A DNA stretch of 64,000 bases from the NCBI GenBank assembly GCA_051532055.1, contig JAOPTX010000023.1:1-64000 (forward strand), given 5' to 3'. A program made the position numbers and the translations under genes. Source of the DNA: Fibrobacterales bacterium (GTDB taxonomy: Bacteria; Fibrobacterota; Fibrobacteria; Fibrobacterales; JAOPTW01). Shown here one piece after another: positions 1 to 10,350 of this stretch (its first letter is position 1; each line of letters starts with the position of its first letter). The notes under the pieces are model-generated. The model was not told the origin of the DNA, did not search any database, and worked only from the letters and a program-made list of their open reading frames with translations.

Positions 1-175
1 AAAGTTTTGAACCCTGTCTATTTGTATTTGACAGGACGGATCAAGCTTACATTTACCGAAGTAAAGAAGTGATCCACCCCACATGCATATTATCTAAAAT
101 TTCAAAGTGCTGAGTGCCTCAAAGGACTCTCTTATTGCCTTGTGAGTGAGCGTTTGTAAGCTCCCTCTCAAGTGC
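1..175 (-). other. Probable rRNA operon 5' leader (16S gene would begin beyond base 1)
   Basis: Non-coding stretch downstream of a consensus promoter. It has a boxA-like GCACTTTGAAA (about 99-109, minus) and a CTGTC/GACAG hairpin near the edge. No rRNA sequence is inside the window. Confidence 0.55.
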
Positions 176-181
176 TGAGCA

Positions 182-210
182 AATATACATTAGTTAAAAC
201 ACCACGTCAA
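182..210 (-). promoter_or_regulatory. Sigma70-type promoter TTGACG-N17-TATATT
   Basis: -35 at 210-205 and -10 at 187-182, with a 17-bp spacer and an AT-rich upstream region. Confidence 0.8.
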
Positions 211-413
211 TAGAAATTGGCGTTTTAAGTTAAAAAACTTAAAAGATTTTAAATTCCATGTAAGCCGTTCAATTAAAGCGACTTACAAATTATTTTTCGA
301 TAAATTAGGCAATCTACATCCTCTCGTTTTAAGTTGTTTGAGTTTGCCCGTTGTGTTTTTTACATTTATTTGCTTGTCCTCCCTCAATTATGATGGTAAT
401 ATAAGAGATAATT

Positions 414-860
414 ATGACAACTCCCAAATTCAAAACTAAAGCCGCACACTTTCTCACCGAAGGAAGACATATTCTCGATCTACGAATGGGGATTGTAAGT
501 CATATTACAGACGAAAGATATACCATAATATCGGTAAACGATGAAACCAACACTTTTAGGCCCATGGACAGCTACGACCTTGAGTCAACATATTGTCGCG
601 ATGTCTATAAGCTCGGGAAAACCATTGCCCTCACAGAAATTGATGGAATAAAGGGCCTTAAAAGGCACCCTCTTTATCTTGATTTCTCTTTAGAGGCCTA
701 TATAAGTGCCCCGATTTTTATTCAAAACACCGTATGGGGCACAATTAACTTCTCCTCTCTTGCCATTAGAATGCATTCGTTTAATGAAAAAGAAGTATAT
801 CTTGTAGAATATTACGCAACAGAGCTGTCAAATATACTTAACCAAGGTGGTAACCCGTAA
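414..860 (+). CDS. Stand-alone GAF domain protein
   Basis: TYC...HPLY...LEAYISAPIF...WGTINFSS...F..E GAF signature. Confidence 0.8.
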   Translation: MTTPKFKTKAAHFLTEGRHILDLRMGIVSHITDERYTIISVNDETNTFRPMDSYDLESTYCRDVYKLGKTIALTEIDGIKGLKRHPLYLDFSLEAYISAPIFIQNTVWGTINFSSLAIRMHSFNEKEVYLVEYYATELSNILNQGGNP

Positions 861-901
861 TTTTTCACCCCCACTAGTTACTTAAGGAGAATATTTATGT
901 T

Positions 902-917
902 AGTGACACAAATCACC
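902..917. promoter_or_regulatory. CRP/FNR-family-like site AGTGA-N6-TCACC
   Basis: Near match to TGTGA-N6-TCACA, about 50 bp upstream of TATATA (957-964) in front of ORF 988. Confidence 0.35.
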
Positions 918-987
918 TTCTTATAAAAATCATTAAACTCCCCCCAATTATATCCCTATATATAAAGAGGCACACAAGGGGGACACT

Positions 988-1170
988 ATGATTATAAGAA
1001 TCACGCTAAAAAAAATTGTAATTATCGCCATGCTTATAGCAACAGCATCGGCAATTGCATCAAACTTCTCTATCAAAATTGACCTTGATCTACAAAACTA
1101 CATGAAAACTAGATCTACCATATCTGCTATTACATCCCTACAACAGCCCCTATCTTCTATATTTACTTAG
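988..1170 (+). CDS. Small hypothetical protein with signal-peptide-like N-terminus
   Basis: AAGGGGG SD, a basic then hydrophobic N-terminus and an AIA-S cleavage-like site. Confidence 0.4.
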   Translation: MIIRITLKKIVIIAMLIATASAIASNFSIKIDLDLQNYMKTRSTISAITSLQQPLSSIFT

Positions 1171-1368
1171 AGCACCAGAGTTAATTTTAGAAATTGAGAC
1201 ACCTTTTCTCCTCATTTCAAACTCACAACCAGCTCTTTTTCACTATCATAGCACCTTAATTGAATATTCGATTCACACACTATTCTATTTCGCATCATGC
1301 GCTTCAAAAAAGGGTGTTTTTTAAGTACCTTTGTTCCAGTTTGTTTTTTTGTACCAAAAGGTCAATAA

Positions 1369-4300
1369 ATGCCAAAAAGAGACGATCTCTCAAAAATTTT
1401 GATTATCGGAAGTGGACCCATTGTAATTGGTCAAGCTTGTGAATTTGATTATTCTGGAACTCAAGCATGTAAAGCGATTCGTGAAGAAGGATATGAAGTT
1501 GTATTGGTAAACTCCAATCCCGCTACTATCATGACTGATCCTGAGACTGCTGATGTAGTATATATTGAGCCAATTACTGCCGAAGCAGTAGCAAAAATTA
1601 TTAAGAAAGAGAGACCTGATGCAATTCTTCCTACCCTTGGTGGGCAAACAGCATTAAATTGCGCTCTTGAATTAAATGAACTCGGCGTACTCGAAAAGTA
1701 TAATGTAGAAATGATCGGCGCCAACATCGAAGCAATTAATAAAGCCGAATCACGTGATGAGTTTAAAGAGGCAATGCTTAAAATAGGCCTCGACATGCCT
1801 CGCTCTTATATTGCAAAAAACCTTAAAGACGCGGAAGATGCCGCCAAACAACTCGGACTTCCTGTAGTTATCCGCCCTGCGTTTACAATGGGTGGAGCAG
1901 GTGGTGGATTCGCATACACTCAAGAAGAATTCATTCGTATTGCCTCATCAGGACTGAGCCTGAGCCCCGTCAGTGAAATACTCATTGAAGAGTCTATCGT
2001 GGGCTGGAAAGAATATGAAATGGAGGTAATGCGGGATAAGAATGATAATGTCGTTATCATTTGTTCAATCGAGAACCTCGATGCTATGGGCATCCATACA
2101 GGTGACTCAATTACTGTCGCTCCTATTCAGACACTCACCGATAAAGAATATCAGATTATGCGTGATGCATCTATTGCTGTAATACGCGAGATAGGTGTTG
2201 AGACTGGTGGATCAAACGTTCAATTCGCCGTCAATCCTGAAAATGGTAGAATGATCATTATTGAGATGAATCCACGAGTATCTCGATCATCTGCACTCGC
2301 CTCAAAAGCAACTGGTTTCCCCATTGCTAAAATTGCCGCAAAACTTGCTGTCGGATACACTCTTGACGAACTCCTTAACGACATTACTGAAAAAACTCCC
2401 GCGTGCTTCGAGCCTACTATTGACTATGTTGTTACAAAAATACCTCGATTCACTTTTGAGAAGTTCCCCCAGGCTGAAAACGTACTCGGGACTCAGATGA
2501 AATCAGTTGGTGAAACTATGGCTATTGGACGGACCTTTAAAGAGTCACTTCAGAAAGCCTGCCGTTCACTTGAAACTGGGCGTCATGGCCTTGGTTCAGA
2601 TGGCAAGCTCATCATTAAAGAAGAAGAGATTGAAGAAATACTCAGTGTAAAGCATCCATCTATTGATCGCCTCTTTTATATTAAAGCAGCATTTGAATTT
2701 GGTTGGAGTATTGATAAACTCTACAAGGTTTCTGGCGTTGACCCATGGTTCCTCAATCATATTAAAGATTTTGTTGATTTTGAAACAGAAAACCTTAATG
2801 GCAAATCATTAACTAACATTTCAAATGACACCCTTAAAGAAGCAAAAAAACACGGCTACTCTGATTACCAGCTTGCACATATACTGAAAACTAAGGTTGA
2901 AGTAATTGAAGCGAAGCGTAAAGAAATTGGCCTTTCGAAAGTATATAAAACCGTGGATACCTGTGCTGCTGAATTTGAAGCGGAAACCCCATATCACTAC
3001 TCTAGTTTTGACGAAGAGAATGAAGCGGTGCGCTCAGATCGCAAAAAAGTGGTCATTCTTGGTGGCGGCCCTAACCGCATTGGGCAAGGTATTGAGTTTG
3101 ATTACTGCTGTGTTCACGCATCATATGCACTCCAAGAAGAGGGCTTTGAAGCGATTATGGTTAATTCTAACCCTGAAACCGTTTCTACAGACTACGACAC
3201 ATCTGATAAACTCTATTTTGAGCCACTTACTCGTGAAGACGTCTTTGCTATCATCGATCAGGAACAACCAGATGGAGTTATTCTCCAGTTCGGTGGACAG
3301 ACACCTCTTAAACTGGCACAAGATCTTGAAGAATACGGCGCAAAAATCATCGGTACATCACCTGACTCTATTGACCTCGCAGAGGACCGTGAAAGGTTTT
3401 CTAATCTCGTTGATGAACTTGGGCTTCTCCAGCCCGAAAATGGCCTTGCAACCAACTTAGACCAGGCACTTGAAATTGCAAATAGAATATCATACCCTGT
3501 TCTTGTTCGTCCAAGTTTTGTTCTTGGTGGACGCGCAATGATGATTGTGTATGATGATGATGAGCTCACTAAATACATGGATGAGGCAGTTGAAGCCTCC
3601 AATGAAAAGCCTGTGCTTGTCGATAAGTTTCTTGATGACGCAATTGAGCTCGATGTAGATTGTATCTGTGACGGAAAAACCGCTGTGGTCGCTGGAATTA
3701 TGCAGCATATTGAAGAAGCTGGAATTCACTCAGGTGACTCTGCTTGTGTCCTTCCTCCTTATACACTCTCAGATGAAATTTTGGATGAGGTACGCCGCCA
3801 AACGAAACAACTTGCCTTTGCACTAAAAGTTATTGGTTTGATGAATATCCAATTTGCTATTAAAGGTAATGACGTCTACTTGATTGAAGTAAACCCTCGC
3901 GCATCACGTACTGTTCCATTTGTATCAAAAGCAATTGGCATACCTATTGCCAAACTCGCTACAAAAGTAATGATTGGCATAAGCCTTGAAGAACTTGGTT
4001 TTACTGAAGAGTTTGTTCCAAAACATATATCTGTAAAAGAGTCGGTATTCCCTTTTGCTAAATTTTATGGTGTTGATACTGTACTGAGCCCAGAGATGAA
4101 ATCTACCGGTGAAGTAATGGGTATTGACAATGAATTTGGCCTTGCTTTTGCAAAAGCACAAGATGGTGCAGGAAACCCACTCCCTATGGAAGGGTCGGTA
4201 TTTGTATCGGTAAATGACCGAGACAAAGAACGTACTATGCCTATTGTAAAACGCTTTGATGAACTGGGATTTAAGATTTATGCAACCGGAGGGACCTCAA

Positions 4301-4599
4301 CCGCCCTGCTACGTGAAGGCATTAAATCTACCGTTGTCGCTAAGGTATCTGAAGGACATCCTAACGTGGTTGACCTTATAGAGACTGGAAACGTTAATTT
4401 TCTATTAAACACCCCAATGGGTAAAGTCACCCAAGTTGATGATGGAATTATTAGAAAAACGGCACTTAAAAACAAAGTAACATACACAACTACGCTCGCC
4501 GCTGCTCATGCCGCAGCCTGGGCAATTAACTCTATGCGTGAAAAAGAGCTAGGTGTTTACTCGCTTCAGGGATATCATGCAAAAAGTAAAGAAAGCTAG
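1369..4599 (+). CDS. carB: Carbamoyl-phosphate synthase large subunit
   Basis: [30 protein letters not shown] start, duplicated ATP-grasp domains and a C-terminal MGS domain. Confidence 0.99.
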   Translation: MPKRDDLSKILIIGSGPIVIGQACEFDYSGTQACKAIREEGYEVVLVNSNPATIMTDPETADVVYIEPITAEAVAKIIKKERPDAILPTLGGQTALNCALELNELGVLEKYNVEMIGANIEAINKAESRDEFKEAMLKIGLDMPRSYIAKNLKDAEDAAKQLGLPVVIRPAFTMGGAGGGFAYTQEEFIRIASSGLSLSPVSEILIEESIVGWKEYEMEVMRDKNDNVVIICSIENLDAMGIHTGDSITVAPIQTLTDKEYQIMRDASIAVIREIGVETGGSNVQFAVNPENGRMIIIEMNPRVSRSSALASKATGFPIAKIAAKLAVGYTLDELLNDITEKTPACFEPTIDYVVTKIPRFTFEKFPQAENVLGTQMKSVGETMAIGRTFKESLQKACRSLETGRHGLGSDGKLIIKEEEIEEILSVKHPSIDRLFYIKAAFEFGWSIDKLYKVSGVDPWFLNHIKDFVDFETENLNGKSLTNISNDTLKEAKKHGYSDYQLAHILKTKVEVIEAKRKEIGLSKVYKTVDTCAAEFEAETPYHYSSFDEENEAVRSDRKKVVILGGGPNRIGQGIEFDYCCVHASYALQEEGFEAIMVNSNPETVSTDYDTSDKLYFEPLTREDVFAIIDQEQPDGVILQFGGQTPLKLAQDLEEYGAKIIGTSPDSIDLAEDRERFSNLVDELGLLQPENGLATNLDQALEIANRISYPVLVRPSFVLGGRAMMIVYDDDELTKYMDEAVEASNEKPVLVDKFLDDAIELDVDCICDGKTAVVAGIMQHIEEAGIHSGDSACVLPPYTLSDEILDEVRRQTKQLAFALKVIGLMNIQFAIKGNDVYLIEVNPRASRTVPFVSKAIGIPIAKLATKVMIGISLEELGFTEEFVPKHISVKESVFPFAKFYGVDTVLSPEMKSTGEVMGIDNEFGLAFAKAQDGAGNPLPMEGSVFVSVNDRDKERTMPIVKRFDELGFKIYATGGTSTALLREGIKSTVVAKVSEGHPNVVDLIETGNVNFLLNTPMGKVTQVDDGIIRKTALKNKVTYTTTLAAAHAAAWAINSMREKELGVYSLQGYHAKSKES

Positions 4600-4627
4600 A
4601 GTCAAACAGTAGATAATAGTCACATTC

Positions 4628-4659
4628 AAACTCCGGTCACATTTTGGCCGGAGTTTTTT
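4628..4659 (+). terminator. Intrinsic terminator after carB
   Basis: AAACTCCGG..CCGGAGTTT stem followed by a T-run. Confidence 0.85.
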
Positions 4660-4698
4660 GTATTTTTAACTATTAGTTATCCTTACTCCGACACTATT

Positions 4699-6564
4699 AT
4701 GCGGCTTTTAAAGCACCTTGTACCCCTCTTTATAATCACATTTAGTATGAGTGGTTGCCTCTATTTTAATCTCTACTATAATTTTAATAAGGCATATAAT
4801 CAAGCACTCGAAATACATGACGATCGAATTACAGATAATCCTGATGACACCATTTGGGTAACAAAAGAAGAAAAAATAAAGCTGCGTCGGGCTATCAGTA
4901 AAGGATCTAAAATACTCGAAGTTTACCCCTCTGAAATTGAGTACAAACCTAAAGTACTCTTCTATATGGGTGATGCCTTTTTTAGAATGACCAAATGGAA
5001 AAAGGCCATAACAAAATACAATGAATTTGAGAAATATTTCCCCTATCATGATAGTATACCAAATGCTCAGTATCATAGAGCCTATTGTCATTATAAAACA
5101 AATGAGCTCCCTGTTGCCTACTACGAATTACAACAGATTATTGATGAAGGCCCAATACACCCCTATTACAATGCAGGAGTTCTCTTGCTCGCAGAAGTAT
5201 CACAAGGTGAAGCGTTTAGTAAAAACGCCATTGAAAACATCGAAAAGCTTTTAAAATCTGATATCTCATCAGCCTACACCCGCGGGAAACTTCATTATCA
5301 AGTCGCAGAACTCTATTTTAGTGATGAGGATTACGACAAAGCCCTCATACATTATGCAAGTGAGGACATAAAAGAACTTTCTGACAATAACTACTACAAT
5401 GCCTTTCATAAGCAATTGCAATGCCACAACACACTCGAACAGATTAATGAAGGCCTTATTCTTGTAGCAGATAGAAAAACCGATTCACGGCTCGCAAATC
5501 AACAAATCAAAACTGATATTATTCACGCCCAACTCTTTCTTAAAGCTGAAAAATACACGCAAGCAGTTGCACTTCTTGACTCAGTTATTGGCCGCACGAC
5601 AAAAGAGGAACTCCCCTTAAAGTCTGAATCTCATTTTATTCTTGCAGAGCACTATCACTATACAATGGGAGACCTCGGACAGGCGCGTACAGAGTATATT
5701 AACGCCTATAAAACCACATCTCAAACCTCATGGTACACCATAGCACAGGAGAGGGCAAAAGCACTCAAAACAGTAGTTGCCCTTTCTACCCAAAAGGGAA
5801 AGGGTTTTAAAGAATTTTTTAAAGCGGCAGAGCTCTACCTCTTTACTCTAAACAACCCAGATAGTGCCATTAACAGCCTAGAAAAAGTAGCAACAGATCA
5901 AAAAGGAAACACCCTTGAACGTGCAAGAGCAGCCTATGCCAAGGCCTTTATTACCGACGCTTTCTTAATGGATTCAACTAAAGCTCGCGCGCTCTATGAA
6001 AGTATTATTGTCGAATACCCAGAGACAAAATATGCTCAACAAGCCGAAAAAAACCTTGGCAGAACACAGACGGTTGTAACCGCAAATGACAAAGCCCATA
6101 AAGAGTTTTTAGCTGCAGAGTCACTCTACTTTTCACTCGACAGTATCAGCCTCGTTAATCCATCTCTTTACGACTCCATGGAAGTTATTGCAGTGACCGC
6201 CTATGATTCGGTGTCTCGAACATATCCTAATACTGCATACGGCATCAAAGCTCACTACACTCTGGCATGGATATATGAGTATCAACGAGCCGATACCGCC
6301 GCAGCAAGAATTATGTATAAAAAAATAGTAGAGAGCTATCCAGGAACGCCTTATGCAGATATCGCAAAAGAAAAGTTAAATCCAAAACTCTCTATAACAG
6401 AAAAACAGCTTGATAAGTTGAAAAAGAACCTAGACCAGACTGTAAAGCGTGAAGAACGCCGACAAAAACGAACCACGGAGCGCAAAATAAAACAAGAGAC
6501 CATTGAAGAAGCAGAAGAGCTTTTAGAAACGGATTTTAATAAAATGTACGAGTTTGGAAAATGA
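4699..6564 (+). CDS. TPR-repeat lipoprotein (BamD/YfiO-like repeats)
   Basis: Lipobox MSGC followed by YFNLYYN, and repeated helical TPR motifs (A..LY..I...YP.T.YA). Confidence 0.75.
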   Translation: MRLLKHLVPLFIITFSMSGCLYFNLYYNFNKAYNQALEIHDDRITDNPDDTIWVTKEEKIKLRRAISKGSKILEVYPSEIEYKPKVLFYMGDAFFRMTKWKKAITKYNEFEKYFPYHDSIPNAQYHRAYCHYKTNELPVAYYELQQIIDEGPIHPYYNAGVLLLAEVSQGEAFSKNAIENIEKLLKSDISSAYTRGKLHYQVAELYFSDEDYDKALIHYASEDIKELSDNNYYNAFHKQLQCHNTLEQINEGLILVADRKTDSRLANQQIKTDIIHAQLFLKAEKYTQAVALLDSVIGRTTKEELPLKSESHFILAEHYHYTMGDLGQARTEYINAYKTTSQTSWYTIAQERAKALKTVVALSTQKGKGFKEFFKAAELYLFTLNNPDSAINSLEKVATDQKGNTLERARAAYAKAFITDAFLMDSTKARALYESIIVEYPETKYAQQAEKNLGRTQTVVTANDKAHKEFLAAESLYFSLDSISLVNPSLYDSMEVIAVTAYDSVSRTYPNTAYGIKAHYTLAWIYEYQRADTAAARIMYKKIVESYPGTPYADIAKEKLNPKLSITEKQLDKLKKNLDQTVKREERRQKRTTERKIKQETIEEAEELLETDFNKMYEFGK

Positions 6565-6989
6565 AGAATTCACTTATAATTGGAATACTTATTTCTCTCA
6601 CCCTTATGGCTTGTGCCGGCAGTGACAGTATATCGAGGCGCAAAGGCTATAACCGAGAAGCCTTTATTAAGTACGACACCGAGACGAAAGTTATTGGTAA
6701 AGTCTATGAAGGAGAAGTATCATATTATGGGCCAGGCTTTCATGGAAAACTCACTGCAAATGGCGAAAAATATGATCAAAATGCATTCACTTGCGCCCAT
6801 AAAACACTCCCTTTTGGGACTAAATTGCGTATTACTAATTTGAGCAACAACCAATCTGTCGTGCTCAGAGTAAATGACCGTGGACCTTATAAACATGGCC
6901 GCATTGTCGACCTGAGTGTTGCAGGTGCTAAAGAAATTGGGCTCGATATTATGGGAGTGGCGCAAGCCCGTGTTGAAGTAGTTGAGTAA
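6561..6989 (+). CDS. rlpA: RlpA-family lipoprotein (DPBB lytic transglycosylase domain)
   Basis: SYYGPGFHGKLTANGE, AHKTLPFGT, VNDRGPY, RIVDLS; lipobox LMAC. Confidence 0.93.
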   Translation: MKNSLIIGILISLTLMACAGSDSISRRKGYNREAFIKYDTETKVIGKVYEGEVSYYGPGFHGKLTANGEKYDQNAFTCAHKTLPFGTKLRITNLSNNQSVVLRVNDRGPYKHGRIVDLSVAGAKEIGLDIMGVAQARVEVVE

Positions 6990-7057
6990 TAGGTTGGGAC
7001 TTGGATAACTCTTTAAGACCCTAGACACACTTTACACCGCCAACCTGAGTGCACTTA

Positions 7058-7660
7058 CTACAGATTACTCATTAATGTTATAAAAGCGTCATCCAATGAG
7101 TTACCAAATACCACAATTCCCTCTTCATGACCCTCCATTGCCAATATCTTTTTTTCTGACATTGATGAATTGTTATAGAGATTCTCTACTGCGTAAGCCA
7201 TCTCTGGAGTACCATACGGAATATCTTTACCCGTTGTTGGAACGACGCCACAAAGCTTTTTCCATAGAGAGAGCGAATGTACATGAATTACAGCATTAAT
7301 TGATTGATCAAGAGTATAGAGTACAAAGTGAGTCATAGACTCAGATGAAGCATCTATAGGCCCCTCTGCCTCGACAGTATTTGTTTTGATAGAGCACTCT
7401 GTTACGGTGCAAAAATCCTGTGTCGTCACAGTCTCTCTACTCCCCGTTGCTGAACCGGAAATAACAAATTGATTTTCAATAGTACGCTGACTTATATTTC
7501 CATAGCCAACGCCTGAATGATACACCCCAATTAGTTGAAGCGCATACAATTTCTGACGATAGCGAATAAGCTCAGTTAAAAACTCATCTGCTAGCGGCTC
7601 ACCAAAGGTTTGTTTGAGATTAAACTTAATATAGCCGTCATCAATCTCATTATGCGCCAA
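7058..7660 (-). CDS. Class II aldolase/adducin family protein (MtnB/Ald2-like)
   Basis: GNIS, ASSE..H, HVH and GHEEG metal-binding motifs. Start reassigned to TTG 7660 (GAGG SD 5 nt upstream), overlapping the mtnA stop. Confidence 0.85.
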   Translation of the reverse strand: MAHNEIDDGYIKFNLKQTFGEPLADEFLTELIRYRQKLYALQLIGVYHSGVGYGNISQRTIENQFVISGSATGSRETVTTQDFCTVTECSIKTNTVEAEGPIDASSESMTHFVLYTLDQSINAVIHVHSLSLWKKLCGVVPTTGKDIPYGTPEMAYAVENLYNNSSMSEKKILAMEGHEEGIVVFGNSLDDAFITLMSNL

Positions 7661-8747
7661 ACATACCTCGGATCGATTCTTCATCTGCACCACAAATACC
7701 ACGTTCTGTAATAAGGCCTGTGATAAGTCTCGCTGGTGTAACATCAAATCCAAAATTGGCTGCGGGACTCTCTTCTGGAGTAACCAATACCCGTTCTATT
7801 GATCCTGACTTGGTTTTACCTTGTATATATTTGACCTCATCCCCTGAGCGCTGTTCTATAGGAATATTGCGTACACCATCAATCATAGTAAGATCAAGGG
7901 TCGTAGAAGGCAGTGCCACATAAAAAGGAATATCATTATCTTCTGCTGCAAGCGCCTTAAGATACGTCCCAATTTTATTGGCTACATCACCATTTGCCGT
8001 TACTCGATCGGCACCCGTAATCACAAGATCAACCAAATCATGTTGCATAAGGTGACCGCCTACATTGTCTGCTATAACTGTGTGCTTAACTCCATGATGC
8101 TTTAGTTCAAAAGCTGTTAAACTTGCCCCTTGATTGCGCGGGCGTGTTTCATCAACCCAAACATGTAGGTCTATTCCCTCTTCAAATGCCTTATAAATGG
8201 GGGCTGTTGCTGAACCAAAATCGACGAATGCAAGCCACCCAGCATTACAGTGGGTTAGAATATTCACCGTCTCCCCTTGTTTCTTCTTGCTTATCTCTCG
8301 AATGAGCTCAACACCATGACGCCCAAGGCTTTCGCAAAAATGAGCATCTTCATCCGCAATTTCACGAGCAATATGAAGCGCTTCTTTAACCTTCTCCCTG
8401 TTTTGAGTAAATGGTTCAATCGCCTTAAGTTGACGGTCCACAGCCATTGCAAGATTCACCGCCGTGGGACGTGTTGCTTTTAATGCATTCGCCCAACCTT
8501 CAACACGTTCATCAAAATTTTCATGAGGAAGAGCATCGAGACAGGCTAGATACATACCATAGCCAGCGGTTGCTCCGATCAGACCTGCACCCCGTACCAG
8601 CATATTAGAGATAGCATCACATGCATCCTGAGGAGTACGGAGGCTCTTAATTTTAAATTCATGTGGAAGAAGTGTCTGATCTATTATCTCAATAAACAGT
8701 TCTGACTTTTCCCAAATGGTGCGATAGTGTTGACCAAAAACTTTCAT
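7650..8747 (-). CDS. mtnA: Methylthioribose-1-phosphate isomerase
   Basis: DQTLLP, VRGA, RPTAVNL, LTHCNAG, ETRPRNQG, ANKIGTY, FDVTP. Confidence 0.96.
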   Translation of the reverse strand: MKVFGQHYRTIWEKSELFIEIIDQTLLPHEFKIKSLRTPQDACDAISNMLVRGAGLIGATAGYGMYLACLDALPHENFDERVEGWANALKATRPTAVNLAMAVDRQLKAIEPFTQNREKVKEALHIAREIADEDAHFCESLGRHGVELIREISKKKQGETVNILTHCNAGWLAFVDFGSATAPIYKAFEEGIDLHVWVDETRPRNQGASLTAFELKHHGVKHTVIADNVGGHLMQHDLVDLVITGADRVTANGDVANKIGTYLKALAAEDNDIPFYVALPSTTLDLTMIDGVRNIPIEQRSGDEVKYIQGKTKSGSIERVLVTPEESPAANFGFDVTPARLITGLITERGICGADEESIRGMFGA

Positions 8748-8950
8748 ACATTACTCATCTATTCATATCTATTATATTTCATTGTGAAATATAGGGTTTT
8801 TTTCAGTAGTACCGACTAAATTTTCTCTAGTTAGCCCACAAAGGCAAGCAACCAATTTCAATTCCTGAATGAATACAATCGTTACTAATTGAGGAATTAT
8901 GAGAGAATACTATATTTGCCTCAAAGCCCTTTATTATCAGGAAACAATCG

Positions 8951-9682
8951 ATGAGTGATATCACTGCAACAGTACAACAAAACTTTGAAAGCCTCTCTAC
9001 AAACAGCTACCCTGGACGCGGTATTATCATAGGTCTCAGCCCTGATACAACAAAAATTATCCAAATATATTGGATAATGGGAAGAAGTGAAAACAGTCAA
9101 AATCGCATTTTTCTACAAGACCCCAATGGGTTTGTTCGCACCAAAGCATTTGATGAAAGCAAAATGACTGATCCATCACTTATTATTTACCATCCAGTAA
9201 AGTTTCTCGACAAAAAGCACATTGTGACTAATGGCGACCAAACAGATACTATTTTTGATTATCTCACTGCCGATAAAACTATTGAGTCTGCGCTCATGAC
9301 TCGAGAGTACGAACCTGATGGGCCTAATTTTACACCACGTATTAGTGGTTTAGTAGATCTTGAAAATGATGGTATCGCTTATGAACTTTCTATTTTAAAA
9401 TCTTTTGATAACACTGAAGCATCATCGAATCGTCAATTTTTCAAGTATGGCACAGGTATCCCAGGTGTTGGTCACTTTATCTCTACCTACCAAGGTGATG
9501 GAAATCCTCTCCCTTCTTTTAATGGCGAACCACAGCTTATGCCACTCTTTAATGACATATCCAAGTGCGCTACAACCTATTGGAATACAATTGACCATCA
9601 AAACAAAGTTTCACTCCTTGTGAAATCAATCGATGTAGCAACAGGTGCAACTGCGGTAGAGATCATAAATAAGCATAGCTAG
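8951..9682 (+). CDS. IMP cyclohydrolase, PurO-like (Ntn-fold) family
   Basis: YPGRGI, YWIMGRSENSQNR, DPSLIIY, TNGDQTD, EPDGPNFTPRISG. Confidence 0.85.
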   Translation: MSDITATVQQNFESLSTNSYPGRGIIIGLSPDTTKIIQIYWIMGRSENSQNRIFLQDPNGFVRTKAFDESKMTDPSLIIYHPVKFLDKKHIVTNGDQTDTIFDYLTADKTIESALMTREYEPDGPNFTPRISGLVDLENDGIAYELSILKSFDNTEASSNRQFFKYGTGIPGVGHFISTYQGDGNPLPSFNGEPQLMPLFNDISKCATTYWNTIDHQNKVSLLVKSIDVATGATAVEIINKHS

Positions 9683-9710
9683 ATTTATTCTCAACATATA
9701 TCTCTTTAAT

Positions 9711-9749
9711 AAAAGAATCCAAGGTACCCTCAGTATCTTGGATTCTTTT
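9711..9749 (+). terminator. Intrinsic terminator
   Basis: AAAAGAATCCAAG..CTTGGATTCTTTT inverted repeat. Confidence 0.8.
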
Positions 9750-9862
9750 ATTTATGGCCCCCTGTAACAATCCTTATACCTATAACAACCCAAGCCAACT
9801 GCTTATCATCATAGCCTATTTAAGCTTTTTGTGATACTATATAGAATAATAAGGAGGTGTAT

Positions 9863-10270
9863 ATGCTCACCAGAATAATAGATGAATATGGAGTGGTCTG
9901 CAAAATAAATGTTGCTGATATTAACGCGAGTATACAATGGTATGGCAAAACCCTTGGGCTCATAAACGACGAAAAGTTTTTTGAACCTGGGGTATGGGCA
10001 CAATTAAATTGCCCCGGGATAAAAAGCTTTGCACTCGGATTAAGTGCCCATGACAGACCTATCGGCCAGCATGGCTCTACAATCACATTTATGGTTTCTG
10101 ATATTGCACTCGCTAAAAGCGTATTAGATGAAAAGGGCATACTAACAAGTGAGATTGTAGATGCAGGTAAGGGAGTGCTCTTAGCAAAGTTTATGGATCT
10201 CGATGGTAATGAGTTAGTACTGCGACAAAACAAAGCTGAGGATGGTCACCAGATAGGAGACCAAGACTAA
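9863..10270 (+). CDS. VOC/glyoxalase family protein
   Basis: V.D...S..WY..LGL, ITFMVSDI, FMDLDGN; AGGAGG SD in front of ATG 9863. Confidence 0.85.
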   Translation: MLTRIIDEYGVVCKINVADINASIQWYGKTLGLINDEKFFEPGVWAQLNCPGIKSFALGLSAHDRPIGQHGSTITFMVSDIALAKSVLDEKGILTSEIVDAGKGVLLAKFMDLDGNELVLRQNKAEDGHQIGDQD

Positions 10271-10274
10271 AAAC

Positions 10275-10329
10275 AAGGCACCTCGAAAGGAGGATTCGGA
10301 TGGGTGATTGGAACCCTTCGAGATGCCTT
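10275..10329 (-). terminator. Long-stem, large-loop hairpin/terminator between convergent genes
   Basis: 16-bp stem, completed by G:U pairs on the minus strand and followed by GTTTTT. Confidence 0.6.
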
Positions 10330-10350
10330 TAGAAATTGACGGTAGGTGGG

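Noticed and set aside
1260..4487. Short ORFs overlapping or antisense to carB (and similar shadow ORFs across the window)
   Set aside because: They lie inside well-supported genes in other frames and have no motifs or SD
7661..7753. N-terminal extension of the aldolase ORF
   Set aside because: Overlaps the conserved mtnA C-terminus; TTG 7660 with a GAGG SD is a better start
9820..10233. 137-aa minus-strand ORF mirroring the VOC gene
   Set aside because: Antisense shadow; the plus strand has the family motifs and a strong SD
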